A DNA stretch of 64,000 nucleotides from Candidatus Omnitrophota bacterium (GCA_030650275.1 JAUSEK010000008.1:811-64810); one strand, 5' to 3'; counted from the first letter of the stretch, positions 1-10,276 are shown. The notes: generated by a model not told the origin, from the sequence alone. Numbers and translations are program-made.

Positions 1-5
1 GAGAT

Positions 6-836
6 GTGCCGCCGTTCACATGCCTTGAATTGAACATCCTGGCCATTTGTAACCGCAAATGTTTTTTTTGCCCTAAATCCGATCGGGAGAAATTTCCTAA
101 TTTAAAAGAGTATATCTCTTTTGAATTCTATGAAGAATTGATGAAGCAGCTTGCCGGCGTTCATTACCGGGGACGCATTTCGTTGTGCGGCTTAAGCGAA
201 CCGTTCATTCATAAAGGACTTAATCGCCTGGTGCAGATCACTAAACAGCATTGTCCGAAGTGCTATCTGGACATTATTACCAATGGTGATTTTTTAACGG
301 TGGATAACGTCAAGGAACTTTTTGGGTCCGGGTTGGATAACCTGAAAGTGAGCATGTACGATGGGCCGCAGCAGATCCCGAAGTTTGAGAAGATCAAAGA
401 GGCCCTGCAGTTGACAAATAAGCAGTTTGACGCACGTCCGCGGTATTTGTCCGCCGATCAAGATTTCGGGATGACCATTAATAATAGAGGAGGGTCTGTC
501 AATCTGCCGCAATATAATGTGGTTCCTTTAGCCGAACCTTTGAAACAAAGCTGTTATTACCCGTTCCATAAATTGATCATTGATTACAATGGGGATGTCA
601 TGATCTGCCCCAGCGATTGGGAAAAACGGCTGGTTGTCGGAAATCTCAACAAAAAAAGCATATTTGAGATTTGGAATTCACCAGGTATGAAAGAAGTGCG
701 TTTGCGGCTCATCAATAAAGACCGCTCCAAAGCGCCTTGCACGCAGTGCAACATTCATGGCACGCTTTATGCCCAGAAACATTTTGATGCCTGGAAAGAC
801 TATTACGGAGTGAGCCAAAAGCGTGCAAAAATTTAA
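6..836 (+). CDS. Radical SAM protein with C-terminal SPASM/twitch domain (probably 5'-truncated by window edge)
   Basis: CNRKCFFC (CxxxCxxC) motif, TNGD motif, C-terminal C..C..CxxC auxiliary-cluster cysteines. Confidence 0.85.
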   Translation: MPPFTCLELNILAICNRKCFFCPKSDREKFPNLKEYISFEFYEELMKQLAGVHYRGRISLCGLSEPFIHKGLNRLVQITKQHCPKCYLDIITNGDFLTVDNVKELFGSGLDNLKVSMYDGPQQIPKFEKIKEALQLTNKQFDARPRYLSADQDFGMTINNRGGSVNLPQYNVVPLAEPLKQSCYYPFHKLIIDYNGDVMICPSDWEKRLVVGNLNKKSIFEIWNSPGMKEVRLRLINKDRSKAPCTQCNIHGTLYAQKHFDAWKDYYGVSQKRAKI

Positions 837-1797
837 TTTTGGTTTTGTCGGATGCGGGAAAATGGCCCACGCTCACGCGGAGGTCGTTAAATCCATCGGC
901 CACAGGATCGGGGCTGTTGTTGCCCGTCCGGGGTCATCGCACATTGACAGTTTTTCCAGTTCCTTTGGTGTTGTCAAAAAGTTTTATGCGTTGACGAAAT
1001 TCATGGAGGAGCTGAAGCGTTCCCCAAAGGAGTATGATGCGCTGGTGATCTGCGCGGCGTGGGACGCGCAGGAAGGGATATTAAAACAGTTACTTCCATT
1101 TAAAAAACCTGTTTTTGTCGAAAAACCTGCCGTGTTGTCCATGGCTGCCTTAAAAAGGATCAAGACGCAGCGCGGCACAAAAAATATATACGTGGGGTAT
1201 AACCGGCGGCATTACGATTTTATCCCGCGGCTCAAAAACATGATCGCCCGTGGAGGCCTGGTCTGTGTGGATATCCTGTCGGCTGACCCCTGGACCATGC
1301 TCGTCAAGCAGCGGGGGGCAAGGATCAAGGGCCATATCCTGCATTATTATACGGCGCATATCATTGACTTGATGTTTTATCTTTTAGGGGACGTGAAACT
1401 AAACCAGGGCGCGGTTGTCAGGCATCAGGGGAAGGATTCCTGGGTTTGCCAGCTGACGGCAAAAAAAATACCGGTCCAATTGAAGGTATTAATGGACAGT
1501 CCGCAGAACAGTTATATGAAATTCTTCTTCAAAGATAAAGTCGTGCAGTTGTGCCCGCTGGAGACAATGGTCATCTACGATCGGATTGAACGGGTCCAAC
1601 GCAATGGCCGGGGCATTTATCGTCCCGGCGAACGTGCCCGCATGGTGACTTCGGACACCTTTAAGCCGGGCCTTTATAACCAGATGTCTTATTTTCTGAA
1701 AAATTTTGTCATTCATAAGAATTCTTCCAATGAACAGTTCAAACAGTTGGAAAACGTCACGGCCTTTTGTGATGAGCTTCTTCAGATGAGGGCATAA
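823..1797 (+). CDS. Gfo/Idh/MocA family NAD(P)-dependent oxidoreductase
   Basis: N-terminal GFVGCGKMA Rossmann motif, VFVEKP and VGYNRR motifs. Confidence 0.85.
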   Translation: MQKFNFGFVGCGKMAHAHAEVVKSIGHRIGAVVARPGSSHIDSFSSSFGVVKKFYALTKFMEELKRSPKEYDALVICAAWDAQEGILKQLLPFKKPVFVEKPAVLSMAALKRIKTQRGTKNIYVGYNRRHYDFIPRLKNMIARGGLVCVDILSADPWTMLVKQRGARIKGHILHYYTAHIIDLMFYLLGDVKLNQGAVVRHQGKDSWVCQLTAKKIPVQLKVLMDSPQNSYMKFFFKDKVVQLCPLETMVIYDRIERVQRNGRGIYRPGERARMVTSDTFKPGLYNQMSYFLKNFVIHKNSSNEQFKQLENVTAFCDELLQMRA

Positions 1798-2750
1798 TGA
1801 AAAAAATGATCGATGACGCTAAAGAAGTTTTTAAGATCGAGGCCGAGGCGATCCTGCTCTTGTCAGAGCAGCTCGATGAGAATTTTTCCGCGGTGGTTGA
1901 AAAAGTCCTTTCGTGCAAGACGCGGGTGATCGTTTGCGGCATGGGCAAGTCCGGCATTATCGGACGAAAAATTTCCAGCACGCTTGCCAGCACGGGAACG
2001 CCGAGTTTTTTTATGCACCCCGGGGAGGCCTTTCACGGTGATCTGGGGATGCTCAAGAAGGAAGATATTTTAATTTTGATCTCTTATTCGGGGGAGACGG
2101 AAGAGGTGCTGCGCATTATCCCGTTCTTAAAAGAAAATGGGAATATGCTGATCTCCATGACCGGGAACCCTGGATCCACCCTGGCCAGAACAGCGGATCA
2201 CCATTTGAACGTGGCTGTCAAAAAAGAGGCCTGTCCGCTGGCCATGGCCCCGACATCATCAACAACCGCGGCGCTGGTGATGGGGGACGCGCTGGCGGTT
2301 GCCCTGATGAAAGCAAGGAATTTCAAGGCGGAGGATTATGCCCGCTTTCATCCCGGGGGAAGCCTGGGACGGCGCTTGCTGACACGGGTGGGGGATGCCA
2401 TGACCACGGGCAATTTGCCGCTTGTTTCCAAAACAACGCCCATGAAGGATGTCATTACGATCATGACTTCGGGGCGTTTGGGGCTGGCGGTCGTGGTGGA
2501 TGAAAAGGGCCTCATCATCGGGGTCATTACCGATGGGGATTTGCGCCGGGCGCTTAACAAACACGAGAACATTTTCCAGTACAATGCCGAAAAATTCATG
2601 ACCAGGGGTCCCAAAACCATTGACAAAGACCTTTTGTTATATGAAGCCGAGAAGCTCCTGAATCAGTACGCCGTCAACGCCCTTTTGGTTGCGGATAAAG
2701 AAAAGAAACTCCTCGGTATACTTTTATTCCATAATATCCAGCATCTTTAA
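1797..2750 (+). CDS. kdsD: KpsF/GutQ family arabinose-5-phosphate isomerase (SIS + 2 CBS)
   Basis: GMGKSG, HPGEAFHGDLG, APTSSTT, FHPGGSLG, C-terminal CBS pair (ITDGDLRR). Confidence 0.93.
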   Translation: MKKMIDDAKEVFKIEAEAILLLSEQLDENFSAVVEKVLSCKTRVIVCGMGKSGIIGRKISSTLASTGTPSFFMHPGEAFHGDLGMLKKEDILILISYSGETEEVLRIIPFLKENGNMLISMTGNPGSTLARTADHHLNVAVKKEACPLAMAPTSSTTAALVMGDALAVALMKARNFKAEDYARFHPGGSLGRRLLTRVGDAMTTGNLPLVSKTTPMKDVITIMTSGRLGLAVVVDEKGLIIGVITDGDLRRALNKHENIFQYNAEKFMTRGPKTIDKDLLLYEAEKLLNQYAVNALLVADKEKKLLGILLFHNIQHL

Positions 2751-2762
2751 GAGAGTTCCCTG

Positions 2763-3662
2763 ATGACCCCGGAAACCAAAAGCAAAGAAGAGATCTTCCA
2801 GCAAACGATCCTCGTTAATATTAAACGCAAATCGCTTTATGTCGACCAGGTCCAGATGCGGGAGGGCGTGCCGTTATTCAGCTGGATCGATATTAACCCC
2901 ACTGAACTGTGCAACCGAAAATGCGTATTCTGTCCGCGTGTTGATCCAACAGTTTATCCGAATCAGAATTTGCATATGCCGGTGCCCTTGGCCCAAAAGA
3001 TCGCGGACGAACTGCGCACGTATCAATACAAAGGAGGCGTCATTTTTTCCGGCTTCGGAGAACCTCTCCTGCACAATAATTTTCTTAAGCTGGTGTCCAC
3101 CTTTGGCTATGATATTCATACGGAGCTTGTCACCAACGGCGACCGGCTCACCGTCCCATTGATCCGGGAACTTTACGCGGCCGGAATGGGTGTGATCTTG
3201 GTCAGCATGTATGACGGGCCTCACCAGATCGGACATTTTCGCAAGATGTTCCAGGAGGCCAGGGCGCGTGAAGATCAATATGTCTTGCGGGACCGCTGGT
3301 ACGACATGGAAAAAGATTTTGGGCTCAAACTCACCAACCGCGCCGGCATGGTCACTACCGGTCATCAGATGGAAGTGGATGTGAAAAGACCGTGTTTTTA
3401 CACACACTATTCGCTTCAGGTCGATTGGAATGGCGAGGTGCTTTTATGCGTCCAGGATTGGAATAAAAAAGTAAAATTCGGCACTGTGGCTGATCAGTCA
3501 TTGTTTGAGATCTGGACATCTGCGCGATTCAGCGAATATCGCAAGAATCTGGGACGAGGTTCCCGGTGCCTGGCCCCTTGCAGCGGTTGCAATGTCAACG
3601 GAACATTGCACGGGAAGAAGCACGCGCAGATCTGGAATGATCTTTACAAAACCATCCCATGA
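2763..3662 (+). CDS. Radical SAM/SPASM-twitch protein, paralog of 6..836
   Basis: CNRKCVFC; shares VSMYDGP, DFG..NR.G, C..DW and C..CN..GTL blocks with the first ORF. Confidence 0.85.
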   Translation: MTPETKSKEEIFQQTILVNIKRKSLYVDQVQMREGVPLFSWIDINPTELCNRKCVFCPRVDPTVYPNQNLHMPVPLAQKIADELRTYQYKGGVIFSGFGEPLLHNNFLKLVSTFGYDIHTELVTNGDRLTVPLIRELYAAGMGVILVSMYDGPHQIGHFRKMFQEARAREDQYVLRDRWYDMEKDFGLKLTNRAGMVTTGHQMEVDVKRPCFYTHYSLQVDWNGEVLLCVQDWNKKVKFGTVADQSLFEIWTSARFSEYRKNLGRGSRCLAPCSGCNVNGTLHGKKHAQIWNDLYKTIP

Positions 3663-5005
3663 GCCATCAGACGCTTAAGAAAAAATTATACCGCGTGTTG
3701 CATCAACGCAATCAACCCGCATCCGTTTATCTCCGTCTTCGTCGAAAAGCCCGCATTTTTAATGAAGGTTATGCAAAAAATAAACTGCACGCCGTTAAAG
3801 CCCGGGGCTGTTTGATCACAGATGTCAGCGGTCACATCTACATTGATACCGCGATGGGAGCGGGAACGCATCTTTTGGGATATGCGCCCGGCGTCCTGAC
3901 CAAAGCCGTTAAAGAGCAATCCTCCCGGGGAACGTTGTACATCCTTCCCAACCTGCATGCGTATCAGCTGGGACGGCTTTTGACCAAAGCCATTGGGCAT
4001 TTTGACAGTTTTGTGTTCTGCAATACCGGTTCAGAGGCCACGATGCGCGCCTGCCGCATTGCCCGCGCGTATACGGGGCGGAAAAAAATCGCCATGTTCA
4101 GCGGCGGATGGCACGGCGGTCACGACGGTCTTTTGTTTGACGAAGATTATAAAGGCCGGGAGACGGCCCCAAAGATCATTTTCAAATCCGCCGGCGTGCC
4201 TGACGAGCTTAAAGATCTGGTGCTGATCCTGCCTTATCATTGCGACTCCGCCTTAACAATGATCAGGAAGCATAAAGATGAGCTGGCTATGGTGATCATT
4301 GAGCCCGTACAAGGTTCCAACCCGCGTGATGATATGGGGGAATTTTTGAAAGAATTGCGCGGGTGCACAGCAAAGAACAAGGTCCTTCTTTGTTTTGATG
4401 AGATCATCTCGGGATTTCGACTGGCTCCGGGGGGCGCCCAGGAATACTACGGGGTTAAAGCCGATCTGGCGACCTACGGCAAGGCGTTGGGCGGGGGACT
4501 GCCCATCGGGGTTGTGGCCGGGCCAAGATCGATCATGAATGTTGTGACAGGTCAAAAGAGCGGCCGGACGGTTTTTATGGGCGGGACTTTTTCGGCGAAT
4601 CCGTTGGGCATGTGCGTGGCCAGAACATTCCTGGAATATCTGCTCAAGAACAAAAAAAGAATTTATCCGTTGATCAATGATCATGGACAATACCTGCGGG
4701 ATTCTGTCAACGCCTTTTGTTTGCTTCATCGCATTCCCGTGCGCATGATGGGCATCGGCTCGATGTCGCGGCTGATCTTTACCGATCGCGCCGTCCGATC
4801 GCGCTGGCAGAGGGACCATTTTGAAATAAGTCGGGAGATCCAAGATCTTTTTTATTTATATCTTCTTCTTGAAAAGGGAATTCACGTCAATCATAACCGG
4901 ATCCTTTATCTGTCCACGGCGCATCACAGAGAACATGTGCAGAGGATCATTGACGCGATCACGGAAACCCTGCAATATTTCTCCAAGAAATTAAAACTTA
5001 TATAA
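3659..5005 (+). CDS. Class-III PLP aminotransferase (GSA-aminomutase/KdnA-like)
   Basis: FCNTGSEA, IIEPVQG, FDEIISGFR, TYGKALGGGLPIG (PLP lysine), GGTFSANP. Confidence 0.85.
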   Translation: MSHQTLKKKLYRVLHQRNQPASVYLRLRRKARIFNEGYAKNKLHAVKARGCLITDVSGHIYIDTAMGAGTHLLGYAPGVLTKAVKEQSSRGTLYILPNLHAYQLGRLLTKAIGHFDSFVFCNTGSEATMRACRIARAYTGRKKIAMFSGGWHGGHDGLLFDEDYKGRETAPKIIFKSAGVPDELKDLVLILPYHCDSALTMIRKHKDELAMVIIEPVQGSNPRDDMGEFLKELRGCTAKNKVLLCFDEIISGFRLAPGGAQEYYGVKADLATYGKALGGGLPIGVVAGPRSIMNVVTGQKSGRTVFMGGTFSANPLGMCVARTFLEYLLKNKKRIYPLINDHGQYLRDSVNAFCLLHRIPVRMMGIGSMSRLIFTDRAVRSRWQRDHFEISREIQDLFYLYLLLEKGIHVNHNRILYLSTAHHREHVQRIIDAITETLQYFSKKLKLI

Positions 5006-5017
5006 CGGAGCTCGATC

Positions 5018-5710
5018 GTGCGTAAAGAAGAGCTTGTCTCCAAAGAATATGTTTTTAAAAAGGTCAAAGGCGATCAACTGGCCTTTGTCGGTGACTTCGA
5101 TGTGTTTTATAAGAATGAAGACGACCCGTGGGGCCAGAAGGGCAGTGACGTCAGACTTAACGAATACTATCAATATTCACGCCGTAATCTTTTAGAGACC
5201 CTCCGGACGTTCACGAGTTCAAAGACAAAAGTAGGAATTCTGGAAGTCGGCTGTGGTTTGGGCTACGTAGCCGATTTCTTAAATAAAGGGCTTGCAGGGG
5301 CCCAAGCCGCTGTCACCGGCATGGACATCAGCCAAACAGCTGTCGCAAAAGCCAAGAAAGTTTTCCCCCATCTTAATTTTGTCGCTGCGGACATAGGTGA
5401 GGTGGATTTGAAACACAAGGCCAGCTATGACGTTATCATTATGAGCCAGATCTTGTGGTATGTCCTTGAGAAGCTTCCGCAGATCTTTAGAAATTTTAAG
5501 CGGTTGATCAAGCCCAGCGGACATGTGGTCTTTGTCAATGCGTTTTTGCGTGAACAAAAATATGGCAGGAACATTGTTGACGGTTTTGATGGCTTAGTTC
5601 GTTATGTTATGACGAAACACGGGACCCAATTTCGTCTGGTCAGTGCGAAGATAGATTATTCTAAAGAATTCATCCATGACGATGGCATTGCCGTTTTTCA
5701 AAAGAAATGA
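5018..5710 (+). CDS. Class I SAM-dependent methyltransferase
   Basis: ILEVGCGLG motif I, GMDIS, N-terminal DDPW. Confidence 0.85.
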   Translation: MRKEELVSKEYVFKKVKGDQLAFVGDFDVFYKNEDDPWGQKGSDVRLNEYYQYSRRNLLETLRTFTSSKTKVGILEVGCGLGYVADFLNKGLAGAQAAVTGMDISQTAVAKAKKVFPHLNFVAADIGEVDLKHKASYDVIIMSQILWYVLEKLPQIFRNFKRLIKPSGHVVFVNAFLREQKYGRNIVDGFDGLVRYVMTKHGTQFRLVSAKIDYSKEFIHDDGIAVFQKK

Positions 5711-6636
5711 AAAACCTGCGGCTCTTAAAAGCTTTTTGCGCCGGCTACTTTAAATATAAAAAATTGTTCGCCGATGTCGGTCTCGAGCTGGGCCAATGCG
5801 AGTTGATCGATGGGGTCAATATTGTCTTGCTGGTCGATCGGAAAAGATCCATTGTTTATCGTTGCGCGTTGAATGCATTGGGCCGTGAAGGGATCATCAA
5901 TAATTATCAGTTCCTTACGGAATCAAAGATTGAGGGCATTCCGGCCCCGATCGCATTGGTCCACAAGGGTGGGGCAGTGGTCAGCGCTGAGAGATTTTTG
6001 CCCGGCAAGCCCGTTGGCGTTAATGACCAAGAACGTTTCAGCGCCATCATGGACCAGCTTTCTTTGTATTATAAAGCAAATCTGGTCCAGGTTGAATTCG
6101 ATGTCCGTCAGTGGTTTGAATATTATGACCGTTATTTGCGCTTTATTGATCCTGTTTATGCGCAGAAATTGGCTGATCTTAAGGTTAAGCTGATCAAAAA
6201 GTGGCCTTCAGGCCATCAGGCCGCTGTGCATACTTATATCCACGGAGATCTGACGTTCAGGAATATATTGGTTGAGGGGAATAAGATATTTTTCTTTGAT
6301 TTTGACCGCTCCTGTATTGATTTTCCTGAATTTGATGCGTTGCTTTTCCATCTTGATCTGCTGACCCATCAAACCGGGCGGTCCAGCTATGATGTTTTCC
6401 TTGATCATCTTGCGCGATTTGCTCATGGGAAGACCGATGTCCCATTGTTGGAGGGTTTTTATGACCGCAACCCGGCTTTTGCGGGCAATACGCATATCAA
6501 AGGCCTAAAGTATTTATTTTTGTACAGGGCCTTGATCTTTGGGTTGTATGATCTCAATAACAAAGAAAAGTTCAATTTAAACCGGTTCGATAAATTTTTA
6601 CAGGAACTTGATGAGACGTCTAGCAAGGATCTCTAA
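5707..6636 (+). CDS. APH/choline-kinase-like phosphotransferase
   Basis: HGDLTFRN catalytic (Brenner) motif followed by FFDFD. Confidence 0.75.
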   Translation: MKNLRLLKAFCAGYFKYKKLFADVGLELGQCELIDGVNIVLLVDRKRSIVYRCALNALGREGIINNYQFLTESKIEGIPAPIALVHKGGAVVSAERFLPGKPVGVNDQERFSAIMDQLSLYYKANLVQVEFDVRQWFEYYDRYLRFIDPVYAQKLADLKVKLIKKWPSGHQAAVHTYIHGDLTFRNILVEGNKIFFFDFDRSCIDFPEFDALLFHLDLLTHQTGRSSYDVFLDHLARFAHGKTDVPLLEGFYDRNPAFAGNTHIKGLKYLFLYRALIFGLYDLNNKEKFNLNRFDKFLQELDETSSKDL

Positions 6637-7312
6637 AGTTTTTCCTTACCTGTTCATCAATTTCATCCGTTGCTTTGCATTGGTGGAATTGTATCAACCC
6701 ACGTACAATCCTCGCCGGTTATTTCTGGTCCGTTCAGGCCCCATTCAGCGGGCGTCCGATGACAGGATCCAGGCCATTGAAAAACATGTGCCTGTGGAGG
6801 GGATCAATACCTACATGGACTTGGGCTCCCAGCTGGGCTATTTTCTTTTTAGGATATGCGCTAAGAGAAAAGAAATGGTCGGGTATGGCGTTGAAATGGA
6901 CGGCCTGGCCTGCCACTATGCCAATGCCCTGGTTTTTTTGAACGATCTGGAGAATATTTCTTTTATCAATTTGAAACTCACCGCATCATCGGTCAAGAAC
7001 TTGCCCGCCTGTGACATGGTCAGTTTCTTGAATGTTTTTCATCACATTGTGCATTTTGAGGGCTTCGACGCGGCGGATGCCGTCATGCGGGAACTTTATA
7101 AAAAATGCGGCCGTTATTTCATTTTTGAAACAGGACAGTTCGATGAACCAGGGTATTATTGGCACGGGTCCTTAAAGTTCATGGGTGAGAAACCGGAACA
7201 GTGGATCCGGGACTATCTTCTCACGCTGGGGTATCAACAGGTCGTTTTAGTGGATAGGTTTCCAAGCCATTTGAGTGATCGCAAGAGGGCTTTTTTTATT
7301 TGTACTAAATGA
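6608..7312 (+). CDS. SAM-dependent methyltransferase, WbdD-methyltransferase-like
   Basis: ELYQ..R...R N-terminus, YMDLGSQLGYF, FLNVFHHIVHFEG (resembles WbdD LSVFHHIVHLHG as recalled). Confidence 0.72.
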   Translation: MMRRLARISKVFPYLFINFIRCFALVELYQPTYNPRRLFLVRSGPIQRASDDRIQAIEKHVPVEGINTYMDLGSQLGYFLFRICAKRKEMVGYGVEMDGLACHYANALVFLNDLENISFINLKLTASSVKNLPACDMVSFLNVFHHIVHFEGFDAADAVMRELYKKCGRYFIFETGQFDEPGYYWHGSLKFMGEKPEQWIRDYLLTLGYQQVVLVDRFPSHLSDRKRAFFICTK

Positions 7313-8172
7313 TGCGCGTTCAATTCTTCCTTAAAAAGATATATCAATTCTTCCGTCGCCACGCCGGCATTCTGATTTATATTCTTTCCGGAAGAAAACC
7401 CTGGAGTATAGGTTATGGGGAGTATAAAAGACGTGAGATCGCCCGCCTTTGTTCTGATGGGGACCTTTTGAGCGCCTTCTCGCAAAATAGGCCTTTACCG
7501 GCCAATTACGGCCACCGGCTTGATGAACGGATCATTGAATATCCCTGGGTCTTGTCCAGATTAAATTCTAAACACAAGGGGATACTCCTTGATGCCGGGT
7601 CAACTCTCAATTTTGATCTCATTCTTTCCCATCCTGTTTTGATCAACCGGACCGTTTATATTTATACCCTGGCCCCGGAAACGGTGATCAGCCGGTCCAA
7701 TGTTTCTTATATATACGGTGACTTGCGTTCAACAGCTTTTAAAGACGAGCTCTTTGATGACATCGCTTGTATTTCGACCCTTGAGCATGTGGGGATGGAC
7801 AATACTTTTCTGTATTCTGATGATCAGGGATTCAAAGAGTCCGCGGGCCATGATTTTCTTAAAGTGATCAATGAATTCAAAAGGATCTTAAAGCCGGGAG
7901 GAAGGCTTTTCATAACGGTCCCTTTTGGTGAATATGAGCATATGGGCTGGTTTCAGCAGTTCAATGGGAACATGGTGAACAGCGTTGTGGAAAATTTTAA
8001 GGGAAGAGAAGCAAAAGTGGCTTATTATCAATACCTCCCGTCGGGCTGGCGATCAAGCACTGCGGACCAATGCGCGCACTGCCGGTATTTTGATATCCAC
8101 AAAACCGGGAAATTTGACCCCGATTGCGCGGCGGCGTCCCGGGCCGTTGCCTGCATAGAATTGATCAAATAG
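7309..8172 (+). CDS. SAM-dependent methyltransferase
   Basis: ERIIEYPW, LLDAGS, CISTLEHVG, ILKPGGRLFITVP. Confidence 0.8.
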   Translation: MMRVQFFLKKIYQFFRRHAGILIYILSGRKPWSIGYGEYKRREIARLCSDGDLLSAFSQNRPLPANYGHRLDERIIEYPWVLSRLNSKHKGILLDAGSTLNFDLILSHPVLINRTVYIYTLAPETVISRSNVSYIYGDLRSTAFKDELFDDIACISTLEHVGMDNTFLYSDDQGFKESAGHDFLKVINEFKRILKPGGRLFITVPFGEYEHMGWFQQFNGNMVNSVVENFKGREAKVAYYQYLPSGWRSSTADQCAHCRYFDIHKTGKFDPDCAAASRAVACIELIK

Positions 8173-8189
8173 CCGAGGTTTTATTGAAT

Positions 8190-9308
8190 ATGCGCGTGGT
8201 GGTCGATGGTGTCATTTTTCAGGCACAAAAATACGGGGGCATTTCACGTATTTTTCATGAGATCATGCCGCGGATATGCGCGCTTGATCAAAGTGTAGAG
8301 TTTATCCTTTACACCGATGGCATACTTTTACAACACCTGCCCTGTCATCCGCGGATCATTCAAAAGAAAAATTTTCCGATCCATTCGTTTCTAAGGCCGC
8401 AAAGGTTATGGGCCCCGTTGACGCCGGTTCTCCGTCAGATATTCCAGAAAATGGTTCTAGGGGACGGGCAAGGCGTCCTCTGGCATTCAACTTTCTTTAC
8501 ATGGCCCAAAGGATGGAAGGGAAAGCGGGTGGTCACTGTTTATGACCTCATCCATGAGAAATTTTCTCATCTTTTTAACGGGCGCGATGATGATCTGTTT
8601 CGAAAAGAAAAAAAAGAGTGCATTGAACAAGCGGATGCGGTCATCACCATTTCCGAAACGACGCGCCAGGATGTCCACAAATTGTACGGTACGCCGCTAA
8701 GTTCCATTTTTCCGGCGCATTTGGCTTGCAGTGAGGCCTTTAAGGTCTTAGGCGAGAACGAGAAGAAGCCGTTGCCTTTGATCACCAAACCTTTCTTGCT
8801 GTATGTCGGAGGCAGGGTGCATTACAAAAATTTTGATTTGCTGGTTCAGGCCTTTGACCGCTGGCCGCAGGCCAAGCATGCGCAATTGGTGTTGGTGGGG
8901 GACGCGTTAAATGAAGCGGAAGAAAGAAAATTGCGTGAACTGAACATCCTTGAGCATGTCTGTGTGATGAGCAAAGCCGGCGATGACACGCTCTGCCAGC
9001 TGTACAATCAGGCGGCGGCGTTTGTTTATCCGTCGTTATACGAAGGTTTTGGAATACCCCTGCTGGAAGCGATGAACTGCGGATGTCCCGTGGTGGCTTC
9101 CCGCATTCCAACGACCCAGGAGATCGCCGCGGATATTCCTTTGTATTTTGAACCGACCAGCGTTGAAGGGCTGGTCCATGCCTTGACCCAGGTTTTTCAA
9201 GGCAAGGACATGGAGCGCGTTGCATCGGGTTTGGCCCGGGCCAAAACATTTTCCTGGGATCAAACGGCAGAAGAGACCTTAAAGGTTTACCGGAAAGTCC
9301 TGCAATGA
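8190..9308 (+). CDS. Glycosyltransferase family 4 (GT-B)
   Basis: GGISR N-terminus, YPSLYEGFGIPLLEAM motif; ATG at 8190 preferred over the ORF-track start. Confidence 0.9.
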   Translation: MRVVVDGVIFQAQKYGGISRIFHEIMPRICALDQSVEFILYTDGILLQHLPCHPRIIQKKNFPIHSFLRPQRLWAPLTPVLRQIFQKMVLGDGQGVLWHSTFFTWPKGWKGKRVVTVYDLIHEKFSHLFNGRDDDLFRKEKKECIEQADAVITISETTRQDVHKLYGTPLSSIFPAHLACSEAFKVLGENEKKPLPLITKPFLLYVGGRVHYKNFDLLVQAFDRWPQAKHAQLVLVGDALNEAEERKLRELNILEHVCVMSKAGDDTLCQLYNQAAAFVYPSLYEGFGIPLLEAMNCGCPVVASRIPTTQEIAADIPLYFEPTSVEGLVHALTQVFQGKDMERVASGLARAKTFSWDQTAEETLKVYRKVLQ

Positions 9309-10276
9309 AGAAAAAGGCGTTGATCACGGGCATCACGGGTCAAGACGGCTGCTACCTGGCCCAATTCCTTTTGGGCAAAGGTTATCAGGTCCATGGCATT
9401 GTCCGTCCCAAGCAAGGACCTGATCTTAAAGGATTGCGCTATTTGGGAATTGACAGGCAGGTCCATTTGTCTTCGGCTGATCTGGCCCAAGGCCGTCAAG
9501 TTCAGAAGATCGTCGGCGCTATTAAGCCCGATGAGATATACAATTTAGCGGCCATGAGCTCCGTTGCCCGGTCATTTCAAAAGCCGTTGGAGACCATTGA
9601 ATTTAACTTGAACTCGACAACCAACGTGCTGGAGGCGGCGCGTTTGTTTGTACCTCACGCAAGGATCTATCAGGCATCATCCAGCGAGATGTTCGGAAGG
9701 GCAAGCCGGTTACCGGCCACCGAAAAAACGCCGTTCGATCCGGTCAGCCCTTACGGGATCTCCAAAGTTTTCTGCCACTGGAAGGCGCATCATTACAGGC
9801 GCATGCATCACATGTTTTGCGCCTGCGGGATCCTTTTTAATCACGAGTCCGTTTTGCGTCCCGGATATTTCGTGACCAAGAAGATCATTGCAACGGCCGT
9901 GCGCATCAAGCATGGTTCCAGGGAAAAACTTAAATTGGGGAATATCCGCGTTCAAAGGGATTGGGGCTATGCGCCGGAATATGTGAAGGCGATGTGGCTC
10001 ATGCTTCAGCAAAAAATACCGGATGATTATATTTTGGCGACGAACAAGGCGCACAGTTTGGAGGAGTTTGTCAGCACGGCTTTTGGTTATTTGGGTCTGG
10101 ATTGGAAAAAGCATGTGGTGGTGGATAAAATCCTTTTTCGTCCGAGCGATATTGATGTCAGCCGCGGTAATCCCGCGAAAATAAAGCGCGGCCTTGGCTG
10201 GGTTTATGACCTTCGGTTCAAGGACCTGATCAAATTGTTGATCGACGAAGAACAGGGATCGAGAGGAAAATTTTGA
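9305..10276 (+). CDS. gmd: GDP-mannose 4,6-dehydratase (copy 1, more divergent)
   Basis: [40 protein letters not shown]. Confidence 0.88.
   Translation: MKKKALITGITGQDGCYLAQFLLGKGYQVHGIVRPKQGPDLKGLRYLGIDRQVHLSSADLAQGRQVQKIVGAIKPDEIYNLAAMSSVARSFQKPLETIEFNLNSTTNVLEAARLFVPHARIYQASSSEMFGRASRLPATEKTPFDPVSPYGISKVFCHWKAHHYRRMHHMFCACGILFNHESVLRPGYFVTKKIIATAVRIKHGSREKLKLGNIRVQRDWGYAPEYVKAMWLMLQQKIPDDYILATNKAHSLEEFVSTAFGYLGLDWKKHVVVDKILFRPSDIDVSRGNPAKIKRGLGWVYDLRFKDLIKLLIDEEQGSRGKF

Noticed and set aside
3659-5005. hemL (tetrapyrrole synthesis)
   Set aside because: It lacks the typical N-terminal PGGVNSPVR motif and there are no hem genes nearby.
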